In this document: one piece after another, positions 1 through 7,809 of the stretch
Numbering within the stretch: position 1 is the stretch's first letter
Layout of the letters: the number at the start of each line of letters is the position of its first letter
NCBI GenBank assembly: GCA_000405685.1
Contig: ASPF01000006.1
Location: 1-56,092 of the forward strand
DNA from: Candidatus Geocrenenecus sp. JGI 0000106-J15
Lineage (GTDB): Archaea; Thermoproteota; Nitrososphaeria_A; Caldarchaeales; Wolframiiraptoraceae
Direction: 5' to 3'
DNA: 56,092 nucleotides
Made by a program: the position numbers and the translations under genes
Notes under the pieces: generated by a model
Told to the model about the DNA's origin: nothing
The model's input: the letters and a program-made list of their open reading frames with translations, nothing else
Database searches by the model: none

Positions 1-95
1 TTGGTTAGCCTGAGTTACTTTAGAATTAGATGCTGTTCGAGAAGGATACAGAACATTTCCTGAGTCTTACAGTTTATTTTTAGAATTTATAGCCT
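1..95. repeat. Left-terminal 95-nt segment, exact reverse complement of 652..746
   Basis: Read directly: revcomp(1..95) equals 652..746 with no mismatch. Identity breaks at 96 versus 651. The arm touches the window edge, so its outward extent is unknown. Confidence 0.95.
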
Positions 96-574
96 ATCCT
101 ACGTAGAAACTTTCTTCTCTCTTCTATGTCTTTCTCATTTTCTATTCCCTTAGACTTGTATCCATCTATTACAGCCATTACCCCTCTACCTTGCTCTGTC
201 TCAACCACTATGACTTGCACTGGATTCGCTGTAGCTGTAAGTATAGTGCAGACTTCTGGAACAAGTTTAATCTTCTCCATTACATTGATCGGGTATATAT
301 TCTTCATGATGATTAAGAATGTGTGTCCACAGCCAATTTTTAAAAGCGTTTCAGCAGCAATTCTTCTTAGTTCTTCATCTGTACCTTCATGCCTTATGAG
401 GCATGGCCCACTCGCTTCTGCAAATGCTAGCCCAAATTTCGCTCCTGGCACAGAATTTACAATAGCTTCATAAACATCTTCAACAGTCTTTATAAAATGA
501 GTAATTCCGAAGATTATATTGCATCCCTCAGGTACTCTTATATCTACTATATCAATCTTCAACCCTTCGATCAT
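80..574 (-). CDS. Adenosine-specific kinase family protein (PF04008-like, PAE2307-type)
   Basis: 164 aa. 'GITHFIKTVEDVYEAIV', 'GHTFLIIMKNIYPINV' and 'ATANPVQVIVVE' match my memory of this small archaeal family. The last codons and the stop (80..95) lie inside the 95-nt terminal repeat, so the C-terminus is uncertain. Confidence 0.65.
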   Translation of the reverse strand: MIEGLKIDIVDIRVPEGCNIIFGITHFIKTVEDVYEAIVNSVPGAKFGLAFAEASGPCLIRHEGTDEELRRIAAETLLKIGCGHTFLIIMKNIYPINVMEKIKLVPEVCTILTATANPVQVIVVETEQGRGVMAVIDGYKSKGIENEKDIEERRKFLRRIGYKF

Positions 575-651
575 GTATCATAGAAAGAATAAGGGATGGA
601 TAAATTTTTCATCTTTGAAATCGACTCTAAAGTCAATAGTACGGTAAAGAG

Positions 652-746
652 AGGCTATAAATTCTAAAAATAAACTGTAAGACTCAGGAAATGTTCTGTA
701 TCCTTCTCGAACAGCATCTAATTCTAAAGTAACTCAGGCTAACCAA
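652..746. repeat. Internal partner of the left-terminal 95-nt inverted repeat
   Basis: Exact reverse complement of 1..95. Lies in the divergent intergenic region between the kinase-family gene and gltX. Confidence 0.95.
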
Positions 747-811
747 AGACCCAAATATTGTAGAGAAGGTTCATCAAGTAGTTTAAGCAATACGTTTACG
801 AAGTCTAGAAG

Positions 812-2533
812 ATGAAGATAGAAGAACTGATCTTAAAATGGGCATTAAAGAATGCATTAGATCATGAAGGGCGAGCATACCAGAACGCTGTATTATCTAA
901 GATTATAAGAGAAGACCCATCTTTAAAAACGAGGATAAAAGAGTTACTACCTACCGTCGAAGAGATCGTAAACCAGGTAAACTCAATGAGTATCGATAAA
1001 CAGAAAAATTTACTTGAAGAATTAGCCCCTGAGCTCTTGGTATATGAAAAGAAGATTGAAGAAAAGAAGCTTCCACCCCTGCCAGATGCTGTTAGAGGTA
1101 GAGTAGTTACACGTCTTCCACCTGAGCCAAGCGGGTATATGCATATAGGTCATGCTATGAGTGGGTTGCTGAACTATGCCTATGCTAGGATGTATGATGG
1201 TAAAGTATGGTTAAGGTTTGAAGATACAGACCCTAGAAAGGTTAAGCTTGAGTATTATGAGAGTTTCAGGAAAGGATATAAATGGCTTAAGATAGAATGG
1301 GATTACGAGAAAAATAATAGTGAAGATATAGAGTTATTCTATGATTATGCTGAGAAGATAATAGAACTGGGGAGAGCATATGTCTGCTTCTGTCCACATG
1401 AAAAAATAAAATCTCTAAGGAGAAAAGGTTTAGAATGTGAACATAGAAGTCAAGATATAGATGAGAACCTAAAGTATTGGAAGATGATGCATGACGGAAG
1501 ATTCAGAGAAGGCGAGGCAATAGTTAGACTCATCGGAGATATGAAGAGCCAGAATACTACTATGAGAGATCCTGCAATTTTTAGAATAGTTGAACATAGC
1601 CATCCCATAGTAGGAGCAAGATACCATGTATGGCCTCTATATGATTTCGCAGCATCCATCGAAGACGGTGTCTGCAATATTACACATATTTTAAGAACAA
1701 GCGAATTTGCATTAAGAGATGAACTACAAAATTATATTAGAGATCTCGTAGGAATGAGTAACCCAACATACATAGAATATTCTAGATTTGAGTTTAAGGG
1801 AACGCCTGTCTCTAAAAGGAAGCTTAGAGCAATAATTGAAGCTGGTCTAGCAGAGAGATGGGATGATCCAAGATTCCCAACCATTGAGGGATTGAGGAGA
1901 AGAGGGATACTGCCAGAAGCAGTAAAAGAATTCACATTAACACAGACGGGCTTCTCATATGCTAAAAGAGAATATGATTGGAGTTTACTATACTCTCTGA
2001 ATAGAAAGATTCTAGATCCAATAGCTCGTAGATTCTTCTTCACACCTAGTCCTGTGAAACTTAAGGTAGAAGAACTAGAACCAGGAGAAATTACTATACC
2101 CTATCATCCAACTAATAGCTCTCTGGGGATGAGAAAGATATGTTACACCGATGAATTCTACATCTCGAGTCTTGATGTAGAAAATATGAAGGATAGAGAT
2201 ATCATAAGATTGAAATATTTAGCCAACGTAAAGATAGTTAATGCATCTAAATATGAAGTTATAGGCGTACGGTCAGGTGGAGGACCAGCTCAAAATATTC
2301 CGATAATACAGTGGGTTCCTTTACATCGAAGTCTTAAAGTAAAAGTACTGGTTCCAGATATCTTATACCTAGATGGAGAGAAAGTTAATCCAGAAAGCTT
2401 AAGGATTATTGAAGGATATGCTGAAGAAAATATAGTAGAGGTGAAAGTTGATGAGATCGTTCAATTCGAAAGGTTTGGATTCTGTAGATGTGACTCAACC
2501 ATTGATAGAATATTCATTAAAACACATGACTAG
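812..2533 (+). CDS. gltX: Glutamyl-tRNA synthetase (archaeal type)
   Basis: 573 aa. Class I HIGH motif 'YMHIGHAM', KMSKS-like 'PVSKRKL', and archaeal GluRS length and architecture. Confidence 0.9.
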   Translation: MKIEELILKWALKNALDHEGRAYQNAVLSKIIREDPSLKTRIKELLPTVEEIVNQVNSMSIDKQKNLLEELAPELLVYEKKIEEKKLPPLPDAVRGRVVTRLPPEPSGYMHIGHAMSGLLNYAYARMYDGKVWLRFEDTDPRKVKLEYYESFRKGYKWLKIEWDYEKNNSEDIELFYDYAEKIIELGRAYVCFCPHEKIKSLRRKGLECEHRSQDIDENLKYWKMMHDGRFREGEAIVRLIGDMKSQNTTMRDPAIFRIVEHSHPIVGARYHVWPLYDFAASIEDGVCNITHILRTSEFALRDELQNYIRDLVGMSNPTYIEYSRFEFKGTPVSKRKLRAIIEAGLAERWDDPRFPTIEGLRRRGILPEAVKEFTLTQTGFSYAKREYDWSLLYSLNRKILDPIARRFFFTPSPVKLKVEELEPGEITIPYHPTNSSLGMRKICYTDEFYISSLDVENMKDRDIIRLKYLANVKIVNASKYEVIGVRSGGGPAQNIPIIQWVPLHRSLKVKVLVPDILYLDGEKVNPESLRIIEGYAEENIVEVKVDEIVQFERFGFCRCDSTIDRIFIKTHD

Positions 2534-2552
2534 AATACTGAAACTCAATATA

Positions 2553-2744
2553 TTATGAACGTTTCTGTTTTCCATAATATTCTGTCCACTTAAGCTTTCT
2601 TGGATCCCTCTTAAATTCCATCATACTTACTCTACACTTTCTTGAGCAGAACCATAAAAGAGAGCCGTCTCTCCTAACGTATAGCATACCCTTACCATGG
2701 AGGAATTCTCTTCCACAGAATGAGCATCGATGTTTAGTAGGCAT
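2553..2744 (-). CDS. rpl24e: 50S ribosomal protein L24e
   Basis: '[31 protein letters not shown]' zinc-ribbon signature. The ORF-track start at 2759 is a TTG. The ATG at 2744 ('[11 protein letters not shown]') is preceded by GAGGTG, so I prefer it. Confidence 0.85.
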   Translation of the reverse strand: MPTKHRCSFCGREFLHGKGMLYVRRDGSLLWFCSRKCRVSMMEFKRDPRKLKWTEYYGKQKRS

Positions 2745-2760
2745 AAAGATACACCTCAAA

Positions 2761-2997
2761 CTACTTTATCTTTTCTGCTTCTCTCTCAGTATCGAGTAGT
2801 AAGAGTATATCTCCAAGACGGACTGGTCCTTTAACATTTCGTGTAATGACTCTTCCTACATCTCTACCCTCTAGTATTCTTACCCTCACCTGAGTAATCT
2901 CACCTGTAGCGCCTGTTCTACCAACTATCTGTTCAACGACAGCAGGCACAGGCTCTTCCATCCTTTCAGTCTTTTCAGTCTTAGCAGGCTTACTCAT
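2761..2997 (-). CDS. rps28e: 30S ribosomal protein S28e
   Basis: '[43 protein letters not shown]' is the typical S28e core. It sits directly upstream of L24e, as in other archaea. Confidence 0.9.
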   Translation of the reverse strand: MSKPAKTEKTERMEEPVPAVVEQIVGRTGATGEITQVRVRILEGRDVGRVITRNVKGPVRLGDILLLLDTEREAEKIK

Positions 2998-3567
2998 TTC
3001 CCTGACCTTTTCTTAATCAATACCTTATTCTTAAAGATTGCATTTAAACCTTAAAGAACCCTATACTCTTCCAGTCAAACTCAAATAGTTCTTACGCTTT
3101 TCCGCTACAGACTTCTCTGTCAACTGCAGTGGTAACATTATACTCTTATATCCGGGGCTGAGATTAGACTTAGTGGAAAATATCTAATACATCATATTTA
3201 TGGCCACTGAGGAGACTCTTAATGGAACATATTTTACTTAATGAAAACGTCATCGTCCCTCTAGATCCTACAGGTTGACAAGCCTTTTAATTAGGAGTGA
3301 AGTCTTTTTATTTAGAATAGATAAATATGAAGGCGACTATAGATGAAAGCTGGCGTTTATAGTTAGCCTTTAAGGATAGAGTTGAGATAGCATCAGCCTC
3401 GGTGTAGATCTCTTAATGAAGACGCTGGAGAATATGTAGAAGTATACTACAGGAGAGACGGTCAAGATGATTCAAAGGCTTATTGGGACAACTAAAAATC
3501 TAGGAAGAGTAAAGACAGTATCAATGGATTAGTAGGTTTAGCTAGAGAACTTGCATATTTTTTGACT

Positions 3568-4419
3568 CTATGGATGTTCTATCTTTAGAGAAGCATAACC
3601 TACAACCGATGATTTATCTCCTGTTACGTCTCCACTTGTAGCATACTTCAATAATTCTGCTTTACCTGCTTTAAGCCTCTTAGCTGCTTCTAAAACAGCT
3701 GAGACCGGTCCATAACCACACATCGAAATATCTATCTCTCTCAATACTCTATAAAATGCTTCAACATCTAGTCTGCTAATTTTATCAAGAGCTATCGAGT
3801 CTTTCTTTACAGCTACTTCATGGGGCTCATAATGGGTGAAATCTGTTGAAGCTATAAGCATAACGTCTGCTCTCTCTCTTAATAATTCTGCGAGAGCTCT
3901 CCCAACTTCTAGAGAAACCTCTATACTTTGGTCAAGCATAGATATGGGTAGAAGACTGAACTCTCCTAGGACATATTGTAGGAATGGTAATTGGACCTCG
4001 ATTGAATGCTCACGAATATGAGATAATTCATCTAGGGAGAAGATATTAGATAGTTTTGCAAGTTCTCTCCCAAGCTTTGAATCAATCTTAACTTCACCTA
4101 ATGGCGTAACCCATGATCCATCTGGATATATCGAGACATCTGTTCCAATACCATAATGATTCGGGCCTATCACTATCACCGTCCTAGGTTTTAGTCGACC
4201 GTCTAGCTCTAAGTAGCCGTGAGCTGCTACTGGACCTGAATAAACATATCCAGCATGGGGGGATATCAATGCGAGAGGGTGGCCCTTCTTGTCTATAGTT
4301 CTCGATGGAAGCTTGCCAGGCCCAATATCATGAAGGAAGCAATCTTCGATCTGCTTCTTTAGTAAAGTTGCGGATGAAGAATAAAATATCCCTGCTACTG
4401 AAGGATTCCTCCTCGGCAT
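3568..4419 (-). CDS. MEMO1 / AmmeMemoRadiSam system protein B family
   Basis: 'VAGIFYSS' and 'ISPHAGYVYSGPVAA'. Likely start is the ATG at 4419 (MPRRNPSVAG); the ORF track extends to 4455. Confidence 0.8.
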   Translation of the reverse strand: MPRRNPSVAGIFYSSSATLLKKQIEDCFLHDIGPGKLPSRTIDKKGHPLALISPHAGYVYSGPVAAHGYLELDGRLKPRTVIVIGPNHYGIGTDVSIYPDGSWVTPLGEVKIDSKLGRELAKLSNIFSLDELSHIREHSIEVQLPFLQYVLGEFSLLPISMLDQSIEVSLEVGRALAELLRERADVMLIASTDFTHYEPHEVAVKKDSIALDKISRLDVEAFYRVLREIDISMCGYGPVSAVLEAAKRLKAGKAELLKYATSGDVTGDKSSVVGYASLKIEHP

Positions 4420-4483
4420 ACTAAGATATAATAGGGGATCGCAAGTATTTATCATTGTTCTTCATAACATATTCATGATTTAA

Positions 4484-5557
4484 ATGGTAGAGGGGCTATC
4501 AACTAGAAAGCGAGACCATATAAGAATATGCATTGAAAGAGATGTAGAGTTCAAAAAGAAGACCACATGGTTTGAATATGTTGAATTAATCCATAACCCC
4601 TTGCCTGAAGTAGATTTTGATGAGGTAAAGCTTGAAACAAGATTTCTCGGTAGAACCTTTAACTATCCACTAGTAATCGAAGGCATGACGGGCGGTGTTC
4701 TTGAAGCATACAGGATCAACAAGAACTTAGCGGAGGTAGCTCTACAACTTAATATACCGATAGGTGTAGGAAGCCAGAGAGCAGGTATAAAAAATGAGTC
4801 CTTCAAACAAACCTATCGAGTTGTAAGAGATACTTCACAGGATATTTTCATTATAGGGAACATTGGTGCAGTCCAGCTAGTGAGAGAAGGCGTTGAGCTT
4901 GCAGAAAAGGCGGTAGAGATGATTGAAGCAAATGCTCTAGCAATACATCTTAATAGTTTACAAGAATTAATTCAGCCTGGTGGAGCTTCAACATTCAGAG
5001 GAGCTATTAAATCTATAGAGCAGACTGTAAACAGATTGAATGTACCAGTAATAGTTAAGGAAGTTGGATGCGGTATATCGAAAGAGACGGCGAAAATCTT
5101 GGAATCAATAGGTGTCAAAGGTATAGATGTAGCTGGAGCAGGAGGAACCAATTGGACGCTTATTGAGAAGATTAGAGCTGAAGAAATAGGAGACTTGGAG
5201 AAAACGATGCTTGGGGAAGTTTTTACAGAGTGGGGTATACCTACAGCTGCATCAATTATAGAAGTTTCATCAACAGTTAAAATAGAAGTTGTAGGCTCAG
5301 GAGGCATACGGACAGGTTTAGATATAGCTAAAGCTCTAGCCCTTGGAGCAGACATGGCTGGAATCGCTAAGCCTCTCTTAAAGCCTGCATTAGAAAGTGT
5401 GGATTCAACTTTAAGCTATCTCAAGAAGATAATATTAGAGTTAAGAACAGCGATGTATTTAACGGGATGTAGAAATACTGATGAATTAAAGAAGATCAGT
5501 AAAGTAATAACAGGCCCGCTAATCGAATGGTGTAGGCAGCGACACCTACCGCTTTAA
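4484..5557 (+). CDS. fni: Isopentenyl-diphosphate delta-isomerase, type 2 (FMN-dependent)
   Basis: 'RKRDHI', 'IEGMTGG', 'GVGSQR', 'VIVKEVGCG', 'AGAGGTNW' and 'GSGGIRTGLDIAKALALGA' are IDI-2 hallmarks. Confidence 0.9.
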   Translation: MVEGLSTRKRDHIRICIERDVEFKKKTTWFEYVELIHNPLPEVDFDEVKLETRFLGRTFNYPLVIEGMTGGVLEAYRINKNLAEVALQLNIPIGVGSQRAGIKNESFKQTYRVVRDTSQDIFIIGNIGAVQLVREGVELAEKAVEMIEANALAIHLNSLQELIQPGGASTFRGAIKSIEQTVNRLNVPVIVKEVGCGISKETAKILESIGVKGIDVAGAGGTNWTLIEKIRAEEIGDLEKTMLGEVFTEWGIPTAASIIEVSSTVKIEVVGSGGIRTGLDIAKALALGADMAGIAKPLLKPALESVDSTLSYLKKIILELRTAMYLTGCRNTDELKKISKVITGPLIEWCRQRHLPL

Positions 5558-5590
5558 CCCTATATTTCAGTTTTTCAAAGAATATAACAT

Positions 5591-6019
5591 ATGATTGAAG
5601 TTGAGAGAACTTTCATAATGTTAAAACCCAGCTGTATAGATAGAGGACTGGTCGGAGAAATCCTAGCAAGGCTTGAGAAGAAAGGTTTGAAGATTATACA
5701 GATGAAGTTCTTAAAAATGAATAGAGAAATAGCAGAAGAACTTTACAGCATACATAAAGGTAGAGACTTCTATGAGAATCTCGTAAAGACATTAGAAAAT
5801 AGAAGAGTTGTAGCAATAGTTGTTGAAGGTAGGAAGGCAATCGAAGTAGTAAGAAAGATGATTGGTGCAACTGACCCTGCTCACGCCGAACCTGGAACAA
5901 TTAGAGGAGACTTAGCTGTGGAACTTACAGATAATCTTATACATGCATCAGACAGCATAGAATCATATATAAGAGAATACAAGATATTCTTTAAGGATGA
6001 CGAGCTACAAACACTATAG
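5591..6019 (+). CDS. ndk: Nucleoside diphosphate kinase
   Basis: 'ERTFIMLKP', 'GATDPAHAEPGTIRGD' and active-site 'NLIHASDS'. Confidence 0.9.
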   Translation: MIEVERTFIMLKPSCIDRGLVGEILARLEKKGLKIIQMKFLKMNREIAEELYSIHKGRDFYENLVKTLENRRVVAIVVEGRKAIEVVRKMIGATDPAHAEPGTIRGDLAVELTDNLIHASDSIESYIREYKIFFKDDELQTL

Positions 6020-6094
6020 CATATTTTCCGAATTCTAAAACTAAATTATTATCGATTCAAGCTATATTAAGAACAGTAGTAAGCTTTACTATAG

Positions 6095-7336
6095 ATGAGT
6101 GGGAAGATCCTACCGAAGCAGCCTGAAGCTAATATTGGTACTCTAGGTCATGTTGATAATGGTAAGAGTACAATCGTTCAGGCAATCACTGGAATCTGGC
6201 CATCAAGACATTCTGAAGAGCTTAGGAGGGGTATCACTATAAGGATTGGCTATGCAGATGCAGCAATATATAGATGCCCAAGCTGTGAAGAACCATTCAA
6301 CTATACAACTCAGGATAAATGTCCAATATGTAGGTCTGAGACTGTTTTTGAGAGAGCTATCTCATTTATTGATTGCCCTGGTCATCATTCATTAATGGTT
6401 ACCATGCTTTCTGGAGCAGCATTATTTGATGGTGCAGTATTCGTAGTAGATGCTAGACATACGTTCCCTCAACCGCAAGATAGTGAGCATCTTCAAGCAG
6501 TCTCGATCATGGATATAAGTAGAGTAATAGTCGCACAGAATAAGATAGACGTAGTATCTAGGGAGAGAGCTCTCCAAAACTATGACGAGATAAGACAATA
6601 CCTTAAGATGAGTAGATTACAAGATTATCCTATAATACCAATCTCTGCTCAGCATAAAGTAGGTATAGACCTACTCCTCTGGGCTATACAGAAATTCATC
6701 AATACACCATTTAGAGATCTATCAAAACCGTTTAGAATGCCTATACTACGTTCTTTCGATGTTAACCCACCTGGAACACCTGGAAACATCATTAGAGGTG
6801 GAGTTATAGGCGGCTCGATAATTCAAGGAAAGATAAGAATAGGTGAAGAAATAGAGATTGCTCCTGGTACACCTGTAGAGGATAAGCCTGCAGCAAAATA
6901 TGAATCGATCTATACAGAAGTAGTGAATATTAAAGCTGGCGGTCGAGATGTTGAAGAAGCTATGAGCGGCGGTCTCACAGGCATAGAGACGAAGCTTGAC
7001 CCAGCGTTAACAAAAGCCGATGGAATGACTGGAAACATGACTGGCAAGCCTGGAACATTGCCACCTACACTCTATGACTTAAGCTTAGAATATACATTGT
7101 TCAAGTATGTTGTAGGTGTTAAAGATAAAATGGAGGTTACGCCGATAGCGGATAAAGAACCATTAGTATTAAACGTCTACTCAGCTGTAACAACGGGAGT
7201 CGTAACACATCGAACTAAAGATAGAATTGAAATAAATCTAATGAGACCAATAGTAGCACAGCAGGGAGACAAAGTCTCAATATCTAGAAAGATCGGAGCA
7301 GGATGGAGACTCATAGGATACGGTAAAATAACCTAG
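6095..7336 (+). CDS. eif2g: Translation initiation factor aIF2 gamma subunit
   Basis: GTPase motifs 'GHVDNGKST', 'DCPGH' and 'NKID', plus the zinc knuckle 'CPSC...CPIC' typical of a/eIF2-gamma. Confidence 0.9.
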   Translation: MSGKILPKQPEANIGTLGHVDNGKSTIVQAITGIWPSRHSEELRRGITIRIGYADAAIYRCPSCEEPFNYTTQDKCPICRSETVFERAISFIDCPGHHSLMVTMLSGAALFDGAVFVVDARHTFPQPQDSEHLQAVSIMDISRVIVAQNKIDVVSRERALQNYDEIRQYLKMSRLQDYPIIPISAQHKVGIDLLLWAIQKFINTPFRDLSKPFRMPILRSFDVNPPGTPGNIIRGGVIGGSIIQGKIRIGEEIEIAPGTPVEDKPAAKYESIYTEVVNIKAGGRDVEEAMSGGLTGIETKLDPALTKADGMTGNMTGKPGTLPPTLYDLSLEYTLFKYVVGVKDKMEVTPIADKEPLVLNVYSAVTTGVVTHRTKDRIEINLMRPIVAQQGDKVSISRKIGAGWRLIGYGKIT

Positions 7337-7365
7337 ATAAGTAAGAGGCATGGATGAAATATTAA

Positions 7366-7752
7366 ATGAAAGTGTTAATTGATACAAGTCTCTTGATGCT
7401 GACCGTAGAGCAGGGAAGAGATCTAATAAGAGCTGCAGAAAATATGCTTGGTGAAGTAATCGAACCTTACATACTTGAAGACATAGTAGATGAGTTAGAA
7501 AAAATCGCTAAAAGAAGAGGAAAGAAAGCCAATCTAGCTACCGTAGCTTTAAAGCTAACTGAAAAAATGAGCAAAATAAAATATATAAAGAAATTACCAG
7601 TAGACCTTAAATTGATTGAAGCTGCAAAAGACCATAAGATGGTTTTAGCTGCTGTAGATCAAAAAATAATTAAAGAAGCAAGAAAAAAGAAGATCCCCCT
7701 AATAATATTTCATAAAGATTTAAGAGTAACATTTGAAGGTTGGACTCCATAA
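7366..7752 (+). CDS. PIN-domain protein (Fcf1/COG1412-like)
   Basis: 128 aa. N-terminal 'VLIDTS' acidic PIN motif and later 'AAVDQKI'. A PIN gene immediately after aIF2-gamma is a conserved archaeal neighbourhood as I recall it. Confidence 0.55.
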   Translation: MKVLIDTSLLMLTVEQGRDLIRAAENMLGEVIEPYILEDIVDELEKIAKRRGKKANLATVALKLTEKMSKIKYIKKLPVDLKLIEAAKDHKMVLAAVDQKIIKEARKKKIPLIIFHKDLRVTFEGWTP

Positions 7753-7809
7753 ATATTTCATCATTAAGATTTTTAGATAGCGATACTAAGTAATTTTGAG
7801 TAAAGATAG

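Noticed and set aside
126-473. 115-aa plus-strand ORF antisense to the adenosine-kinase-family gene. The same class includes 1450..1677, 1732..2043, 3836..4021, 4972..5355, 5694..5900, 9063..9281, 10810..11025, 11452..11652, 14433..14816, 15701..15991, 16561..16815, 17291..17527, 20404..20610, 21201..21392, 21577..21789, 22170..22424, 23259..23585, 24006..24248, 24439..24627, 25844..26026, 26839..27168, 27119..27322, 29129..29365, 30144..30503, 30573..30782, 31462..31683, 32167..32478, 35315..35503, 36307..36591, 39163..39387, 39579..39767, 39972..40364, 42149..42475, 42563..42766, 43909..44115, 44686..45105, 46220..46477, 46784..47044, 46840..47025, 48237..48425, 48897..49079 and 50246..50530.
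   Set aside because: All lie fully inside, and mostly antisense to, ORFs with strong family signatures. Their translations are low-complexity (S/L/I/F-rich) with no motifs. They are typical shadow ORFs of AT-rich coding DNA.
3327-3420. In-frame TAG codons in a reading-frame remnant as possible pyrrolysine or readthrough
   Set aside because: The frame also hits TAA and TGA immediately afterwards. No Pyl machinery is in the window, and nothing supports coding.
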